Below, piece after piece: positions 28,642 to 34,094 of a stretch of DNA of 36,580 nucleotides. The notes under the pieces are model-generated. The model was given only the letters and a program-made list of their open reading frames with translations, was not told the DNA's origin and ran no database searches. The DNA is from Methanobacteriota archaeon. GTDB taxonomy: Archaea; Hadarchaeota; Hadarchaeia; Hadarchaeales; Hadarchaeaceae. The stretch lies in assembly GCA_043821745.1 (NCBI GenBank), contig JBDRCL010000061.1:1-36580 (forward strand), read 5' to 3'. The translations under genes and the position numbers were made by a program. Every line of letters begins with the position of its first letter. Within the stretch, counting starts at the first letter, position 1.

Positions 28642-29589
28642 ATGAACAATAAAATAAAAATAGCTATCATCATGGCAATTGCGGCAATGACCATTTCCTT
28701 TGCCTACCTCGGCGTTCAGAGGGGGCAAAACATGTTGACCATATCCACGACGACAAGCCTTTATGACACCGGACTTTTGGACGCCGTGGCCGAACGCTAT
28801 CTTGAGCTTTACAACACTAGGCTGGATTTCATAGCAGCCGGCACTGGTCAAGCTCTGGAGCACGCTAGAAATGGCGACGCCGACGTGGTGCTCGTACACT
28901 CCCCATCAACTGAAAACCAATTTCTGACGGAGGGCGTGGTTGGTACAAGGAGGATAATCGCCTACAACTTTTTCATAATCATCGGGCCCCCGGACGACCC
29001 GGCCGGAATCAAGGGGCTAACTCCTATCGATGCGCTCAAGAAAATAGCCTCGACCGAATCTACCTGGGTTTCCCGGGGCGATAACTCTGGAACCCACACT
29101 AAGGAGAAATCACTCTGGAAAAAGGCCGATATAGAACCGTACAACAACGCATGGTATATGGAGTCAGGCGCCGATATGGGGCTGACACTTACTATCGCCA
29201 GCGAGAAAGCGGCCTACACTTTAGCAGACACCGGCACATATCTGAAGTACAAGAGCGACGAGCTGACCGATTCAGAAATCATCGTCGATATCGGGAAAGA
29301 CCTCCTGAACGTCTACAGCGTGATGGCCGTTAACCCTGAAAAGAACCCGAACGTTAAATTCAGCGCTGCGATCAAATTCATAGAATACTTGACATCGGAC
29401 AGCGGTCAAACAATGCTGGGTGAATTTGGCATGAAAGAATACGGCGTTCCTCTTTTCAACCCTGCGGTGCAGCTTCTCGAGACAGGCGAAAACCCAGAAC
29501 TGTCGGGCTGGATACGTAGCTACGCATTCCTGGAGAACAGCGAGTGCCCATCTAGATACAGGCTCGGCCAGGAGCAACTTTACAAATGA
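28642..29589 (+). CDS. tupA: tungstate ABC transporter substrate-binding protein TupA
   Basis: Signal/TM N-terminus, then ISTTTSLYDTGLLD (TupA TTTS anion-binding motif), GTGQALEHARNGDADVVLVH and SRGDNSGTH. Confidence 0.8.
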   Translation: MNNKIKIAIIMAIAAMTISFAYLGVQRGQNMLTISTTTSLYDTGLLDAVAERYLELYNTRLDFIAAGTGQALEHARNGDADVVLVHSPSTENQFLTEGVVGTRRIIAYNFFIIIGPPDDPAGIKGLTPIDALKKIASTESTWVSRGDNSGTHTKEKSLWKKADIEPYNNAWYMESGADMGLTLTIASEKAAYTLADTGTYLKYKSDELTDSEIIVDIGKDLLNVYSVMAVNPEKNPNVKFSAAIKFIEYLTSDSGQTMLGEFGMKEYGVPLFNPAVQLLETGENPELSGWIRSYAFLENSECPSRYRLGQEQLYK

Positions 29590-30221
29590 GCGAACAACTT
29601 TTAGATATCGTGCTTCGTTCGATTTGGATCTCAGTCACGGCTTTGCTGCTTTCTTTATTATGGAGCTTGCCGATTGCGCTTACCATAGGACTTAAAAAGT
29701 TCAGGGGCAGGGAGACTCTCATAACTTTTTTCAACGCCATGCTGGGAATACCAACGGTGGCGCTGGGTCTTTTCCTCTACATGATGCTCTCAAATCGAGG
29801 GGCACTCGGTTTATTCGGCTTGCTCTATACTCCTGCCGCAGTAATGATCGGGCAAGCCGTTCTGATCACCCCAATTCTGGTTAGTCTGCTCACAAGCGCT
29901 ATCGAAACTGTAGACCCAAAAATCAGGGACCTGGCAAGAACTTTAGGCGCATCAGAAAATCAGGCTTCCCTTGCCGTTTTGAAGGAGGCGAGAAAAGGCG
30001 GCATCCTCGCGGGAGTCGCTGCTTTCAACAGGGCTATTGCTGAGCTCGGAATAGCGCTAATGCTGGGTGGTAACATAATGGGACTTACAAGGGTGATGAC
30101 GACCCAGATTGCGCTAGGCGTGAATCGAGGCGAAATCATGCTCTCGATTGAGGTAACTGCCGTGCTCCTGTCCATCGTTTTCGTTTTGACGTTCATCGCC
30201 AACCGTTTCAGGAGGGACTAG
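29586..30221 (+). CDS. tupB: tungstate ABC transporter permease TupB
   Basis: Polytopic membrane protein with an EAA-like loop (RDLARTLGASENQASLAVLKEARKG). Start overlaps the tupA stop. Confidence 0.8.
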   Translation: MSEQLLDIVLRSIWISVTALLLSLLWSLPIALTIGLKKFRGRETLITFFNAMLGIPTVALGLFLYMMLSNRGALGLFGLLYTPAAVMIGQAVLITPILVSLLTSAIETVDPKIRDLARTLGASENQASLAVLKEARKGGILAGVAAFNRAIAELGIALMLGGNIMGLTRVMTTQIALGVNRGEIMLSIEVTAVLLSIVFVLTFIANRFRRD

Positions 30222-30941
30222 ATGGCCAATCATGTAAAATTGAAAAACGTGAATCGCGAATACGACGGCATTTTGACTCTCAGAGGTGTTAATCTGGAAG
30301 TTGAGGAAGGCGAAATTCTGACGATAATCGGTCCAAATGGTGCCGGGAAGACGACCCTGCTGAGGCTGTTGGCGTTGTTGGATGCGCCATCGAAAGGCGA
30401 GGTTATTTACCGAGGCGTAAAAGTAGACGACTCAACAGTACCCAAGCACAGGAAAAAAGTAACTATGGTCTTTCAGCGACCAGTGCTATTCAACACTACT
30501 GTTTTTGAAAACGTCGCATACGGGTTGAGGTTGAGAGATAAAGAGGGGTACAACATCCCCGCAAAAGTTGAAAGCGCACTCAACTCTGTTTTGCTGAAGG
30601 GCTTCGACGCCAGGATGGCGAAAAAATTATCTGGCGGCGAACAGCAACGCGTGATCCTGGCCCGAGCACTTGCTCTGGAACCTGAACTTCTTCTGTTGGA
30701 CGAACCCACCGCAAACCTGGACCCAACCAACTCAGCCATAGTCGAAAAAATCATAAAAAAACTGCGCGGACGGACGACTATAGTGGTGGCCACGCATAAC
30801 ATCTTCCAAGCGAGAAGGATATCCGATAGGGTGGGCTGCTTGCTGGACGGCAAGATCATAGATGTTGACAAACCAAGAAACATCTTCATGAAACCCAAAA
30901 ACAAAATGATTAGAAAGTTCGCCCGCGGAGAGTTCTTCTGA
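30222..30941 (+). CDS. tupC: tungstate ABC transporter ATP-binding protein TupC
   Basis: Walker A GPNGAGKTT, signature LSGGEQQRV, Walker B LLLLDEPT. Confidence 0.85.
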   Translation: MANHVKLKNVNREYDGILTLRGVNLEVEEGEILTIIGPNGAGKTTLLRLLALLDAPSKGEVIYRGVKVDDSTVPKHRKKVTMVFQRPVLFNTTVFENVAYGLRLRDKEGYNIPAKVESALNSVLLKGFDARMAKKLSGGEQQRVILARALALEPELLLLDEPTANLDPTNSAIVEKIIKKLRGRTTIVVATHNIFQARRISDRVGCLLDGKIIDVDKPRNIFMKPKNKMIRKFARGEFF

Positions 30942-30996
30942 AAGGTGAAAATTTTTCCACGCCTTTTTAACCTGCAAAGAGAAAATTACGGTTGGG

Positions 30997-31230
30997 TTGG
31001 ACATGCAGGCGTTAGTGTATATCCGCACAGAGCCGGGTAAGGCCCTTAAACTGCTTGAATCCGTCAAGAAGATGCAGGGAGTTCAGGTGGCTTTCGCGAC
31101 CACGGGCAGGTTTGATATCGTGGCCAGAGTAGAGGCCGCGGATTTGAAAGCCCTAGGGGACGCCATCGTGAGCAAGATGCAGCTCATGCCTGGCGTGAGG
31201 TACACCGAGACATCCTTGATAGTCGCATAG
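30997..31230 (+). CDS. stand-alone Lrp/AsnC ligand-binding (RAM) domain protein
   Basis: 75-77 aa, ALVYIRTEPGKALKLLESVKKMQGVQVAFATTGRFDIVARVEAADLKALGDAIVSKMQLMPGVRYTETSLI. No HTH domain. The ATG at 31003 is the probable start. Confidence 0.7.
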   Translation: MDMQALVYIRTEPGKALKLLESVKKMQGVQVAFATTGRFDIVARVEAADLKALGDAIVSKMQLMPGVRYTETSLIVA

Positions 31231-31252
31231 TCCGTTCGACAGCTGAACGGAC
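31230..31252 (+). terminator. perfect 8-bp hairpin overlapping the last base of the RAM-gene stop codon
   Basis: GTCCGTTC-gacagct-GAACGGAC, read directly from the sequence. No T-tract follows, so its role (terminator or protein/RNA site) is uncertain. Confidence 0.35.
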
Positions 31253-31356
31253 TTGACCTTCAGGTGTGACCGGGCAAAGCTGCCAGAGGACCTGCTTGAC
31301 TGAAAGCGCGGCAAATAACTTAACTATTGATTGCATCAAATAATTATGGCGGTTGA

Positions 31357-32235
31357 ATGGTCGAGCTAGTGTTCCTTGGATCGGGAGGCGGAAGATTCCA
31401 GACGATCAACCAGTACTTCAAAACGGGCGGGTTCAGGATTCATGCGGGAGTCAATGTGCACGTTGACCCGGGACCGGGCGCGCTATTGCTTACGCACAAA
31501 TATGGGTTGGACCCTTCGGATTTGGATGGCATCGTCGTCACGCACTGCCACCCTGACCACTACACGGACGCAGAAGTTTTGATTGAAGCAATAGCACAGC
31601 ACATGGCAGCTGAAGACATAGGGAGATCCTTTGGCAAAAAAAGAGGCACATTTATCGGCAGCAAGAGCGTCATCGAGGGGGTCGGGAATTACGGTCCGGC
31701 AGTCTCCCGATACCACCAAACCAAACTCGAGAAACTAGCAGTCCTTGAGCCCGGGGAGAAATTTCAGCTCGGCAATATTGAAATCGAATCGATGCCGACG
31801 AAACACAGCGATCCAACTTCAATCGGCATAATATTCCGCACTGAAAAAGGAGAGATAGGTTACACCAGCGACACCCAGTATTTTGAGGATATCGAAAAGT
31901 ACTTCAGGGGAGTGCGGGTTCTTATAGCAAACGTCACGCGTCCGCTGTCGATGCGGATACCGTGGCATCTTTGCTCGGATGATTTTATTAAAATTTTGAA
32001 TAAGGTCAAGCCAGAGCTGGCCGTGATGATACACATGGGCATGTTGTTCCTCAAGCATTCGCCTTCGAAGGAGGCTTCCAGAATAAAATCGGAGACGGGC
32101 GTGGAGACCATCCCGGGGCAAGCCGGATTGAGGATTAATCTCGATGGGGAGATCAAAATAGTGCGTCCGCCAAACCAACCCACTCTGGAAGAGTTCGCCA
32201 AATTAAAAACGGAAAAATTCTCTAACGCACAGTAG
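31357..32235 (+). CDS. MBL-fold metallo-hydrolase
   Basis: VVTHCHPDHY (HxHxDH) and a GSGGG N-terminus. 292 aa. Confidence 0.75.
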   Translation: MVELVFLGSGGGRFQTINQYFKTGGFRIHAGVNVHVDPGPGALLLTHKYGLDPSDLDGIVVTHCHPDHYTDAEVLIEAIAQHMAAEDIGRSFGKKRGTFIGSKSVIEGVGNYGPAVSRYHQTKLEKLAVLEPGEKFQLGNIEIESMPTKHSDPTSIGIIFRTEKGEIGYTSDTQYFEDIEKYFRGVRVLIANVTRPLSMRIPWHLCSDDFIKILNKVKPELAVMIHMGMLFLKHSPSKEASRIKSETGVETIPGQAGLRINLDGEIKIVRPPNQPTLEEFAKLKTEKFSNAQ

Positions 32236-32240
32236 CCCTA

Positions 32241-32250
32241 ATTACTTATA
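32241..32250 (+). promoter_or_regulatory. TATA-like box (ATTACTTATA) positioned for a leaderless transcript starting near ATG 32272
   Basis: The box centre is about 26 nt upstream of ATG 32272, in the spacer after the MBL gene. Confidence 0.3.
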
Positions 32251-32271
32251 CCAATCGCCACAATTCTTGAG

Positions 32272-32328
32272 ATGGTCAACATGGCGGCTTCGAATGATTA
32301 TAACCCGCACGAAATCGAGCTGAAGTAA
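32272..32328 (+). other. 18-codon ORF encoding a ValRS-type N-terminus (MVNMAASNDYNPHEIELK*): orphan valS 5' exon or remnant
   Basis: Own translation. YNPHEIELK matches the Y-[DN]-P-x-E-x-E-x-K(W) start of archaeal ValRS. It uses host-like GC3-rich codons and stops (TAA 32326-28) exactly where the conserved Trp should follow. Confidence 0.55.
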
Positions 32329-32483
32329 AATTTTAGGTTTTCCCAAAATCCACTAAAATCTCAAACATCGAAAATGCGCTAACTTTCAAGGGCAAGTTAT
32401 TGAGAATTTACCAAAACTAATACTTTCGCGGCCCCTCCTCCGAAGTTGGTTAAATGTAAATCAAAATAATAACTGAGGCGAAG

Positions 32484-34094
32484 TTGTTGCTCTCCGTAAA
32501 TTTTTGGGATCTGCCACATCGGCGTACCTCCATTATCTTCTCTGAGGATTTTTCGCAGGTTATTCATAATACAGTGGCGAATTTGTTCGACAAAAATCTC
32601 ACCAAAGCGTCAAAAACAATTGGTATACCAAAAAGTCTTTTCTACCGCCTTGAGCAAAAAAGGCGCATTAGAATCGACAATCTTTTCAAGCTGCTAAATT
32701 TTTTAGGTGCTCGCGATTCAACATTTTCTACAAAGGCTGCCCAGAGACACTTAATTTGGATAGGACCAGCACATGGAAGAGGAATATCCAACCCTTGCTT
32801 TCCAATCGAGCTTCAGAACAATGCATTGGTGCGAACAGCCGCCAGAGCTTGTGGAGATGGGATTCTAACTAGAACTTATGGACTTCGCCATGGTTATGGA
32901 ACTATAATCTACTACGCAAAGGAGGATCCAGAACAGCTGCAAAACGCGATTGATGACGCCATCATTGCCTTTGGAGGAAATGTCCAAACATACAGGATTA
33001 ATTTCGGCAAGGACATCTACTTAGTTTACCCCACTGTCGTGCGTGATGTCTTGTTATTCGCAGGAGTGATGACAAGTCCAAAAGCAGAAAGCGAACGCGG
33101 CGTCCCGGAGTTTGTGATGAAAAGCGAAAAAGCGACTACTTGGGTTGCTTGGCTTCAACAAACGGGGGACGATGAAGGGCATGTTGTTTATCACCCGCAA
33201 CATAACCTATATGGCATCTACTGGCGTCGATCCACCGACATTACTGGACTCCTGCCTGGCATTGAGCTTAGGGCCGGGGAGCGGATTTCCATTCATATAT
33301 CATCAGACGACGTTCGGGAACACGTGGTAGGGCGATCACCGAAATTGATAGCCGATGAGCAGGGGCTTCTCAGTAGGCTCCGCATTACCTCCACAGTCAC
33401 TCCTTTGGAGATTTACCGAACTCTTAATGGAAAACTTCGGGTCAAGTGGCAACTCCGCATTAGCGGTCCTGATAACTTGATTCGATATGGTAGAAAAGTA
33501 GGGTTTCGGATTACGAGGAAATCAACCGCGCTAGCTAAAGCAATGGACCAATGCGTAAGTTACGAAAAAATTATCTTACCAATTCTTAACGACCTTCAAC
33601 AGAAACACGGCTACCTCGATGCAAGATCGGTATCAATGAGACTGGGCGGTTGCCTAGTTCCCCATTCAAACAAAACAACCATTTCCGGGTTGGTCGCTTT
33701 ACGAGAAATGTCCAAACGAGGCTATGTCCATAAAATAAGCGAGGGACGGTACATCAAAAAATTGAAGAAGTACATTCCATCAAGATACGTTATAACTAGC
33801 AAGGGAACAAGAAGGCTTAAAGAGATTTGCGACCAATTCCATTATCTGGATGAAAAGGTGGGAGGTGGTTCAGCGAATAAAGTGACAGCAGAAGTTCCGG
33901 CAGCTTACGATCCACTTGAGGCAGAACCAAAATGGCGGAAGAAGTGGAAAGAATTGGGTATTCACAGCTTCCGACGCGACGATTACGAAACGCCGACCTA
34001 TATTATCGATACCCCGCCGCCATATTCCTCGCAAGAGGGTGGAGCCGAGCGGGGAGTTCCACATGGGCACGGCGCTGAATTGGACGTACTTTGA
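32484..34094 (+). CDS. LAGLIDADG-like (double-motif) homing-endonuclease-type protein with N-terminal HTH and C-terminal winged helix; the ORF reads through into valS exon 1
   Basis: TTG 32484 has GAGG 5 nt upstream. HTH is [27 protein letters not shown]-like motifs are [14 protein letters not shown] (about 32830-32867) and [15 protein letters not shown] (about 33141-33185). Between and after them come the expected beta-strand/helix segments (...[18 protein letters not shown]). The wHTH is [18 protein letters not shown]...ITSKGTRRL. The last ~70 residues are the ValRS N-terminus plus out-of-frame read into intron 1 and exon 2. Low GC relative to its neighbours. Confidence 0.6.
   Translation: MLLSVNFWDLPHRRTSIIFSEDFSQVIHNTVANLFDKNLTKASKTIGIPKSLFYRLEQKRRIRIDNLFKLLNFLGARDSTFSTKAAQRHLIWIGPAHGRGISNPCFPIELQNNALVRTAARACGDGILTRTYGLRHGYGTIIYYAKEDPEQLQNAIDDAIIAFGGNVQTYRINFGKDIYLVYPTVVRDVLLFAGVMTSPKAESERGVPEFVMKSEKATTWVAWLQQTGDDEGHVVYHPQHNLYGIYWRRSTDITGLLPGIELRAGERISIHISSDDVREHVVGRSPKLIADEQGLLSRLRITSTVTPLEIYRTLNGKLRVKWQLRISGPDNLIRYGRKVGFRITRKSTALAKAMDQCVSYEKIILPILNDLQQKHGYLDARSVSMRLGGCLVPHSNKTTISGLVALREMSKRGYVHKISEGRYIKKLKKYIPSRYVITSKGTRRLKEICDQFHYLDEKVGGGSANKVTAEVPAAYDPLEAEPKWRKKWKELGIHSFRRDDYETPTYIIDTPPPYSSQEGGAERGVPHGHGAELDVL

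Noticed and set aside
32432-33868. Pairing of a C/U-rich tract (CCCCUCCUCC, 32432-41) with the GGAGGUGG Shine-Dalgarno-like element (33861-68) upstream of the candidate valS GTG, as an SD-sequestering switch
   Set aside because: Only 5 contiguous base pairs form (32437-41 with 33861-65) before a mismatch. Purine and pyrimidine tracts of this kind pair promiscuously, and there is no supporting structure.
32326-33933. Group I or group II intron explaining the LAGLIDADG-ORF insertion
   Set aside because: There is no 5' GUGYG / 3' AY group II boundary. For in-frame joins, the required exon-terminal U and intron-terminal G of group I introns do not coincide. Only about 155 nt of non-ORF sequence is available, and nothing after the ORF, which seems too little for a ribozyme core. 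This was judged by eye only.
32343-33933. Short direct repeats shared by the two ends of the insertion (CCAAAAT at 32343-49 and 33927-33; ATCCACT at 32348-54 and 33910-16) as target-site duplications
   Set aside because: The two 7-mers occur in opposite order at the two ends and are A/T-rich. Neither abuts a definable element terminus or inverted repeat, so chance matches are the most likely explanation.
32272-33947. Canonical BHB (hBHBh' or mirrored) motif joining the orphan 5' ORF to valS across the 1.6-kb insertion
   Set aside because: I compared 32272-32345 against the reverse complement of 33841-33990 for a 4-bp central helix flanked by phased 3-nt bulges. I tried both strand configurations and every in-frame donor/acceptor register, including all 'natural-length' joins (p+q constant). 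Only isolated 4-6-bp matches appeared, many involving the self-complementary AGCT. None had correct bulge phasing together with flanking helices. A relaxed or protein-assisted motif cannot be excluded by eye.
32272-34025. Intein inserted in ValRS
   Set aside because: The upstream ValRS fragment ends in a TAA stop and is followed by about 155 nt of AT-rich sequence closed in all frames. The ORF is therefore not an in-frame protein insertion, and no N-terminal Cys/Ser or C-terminal HN-Cys/Ser/Thr splice junction is present.
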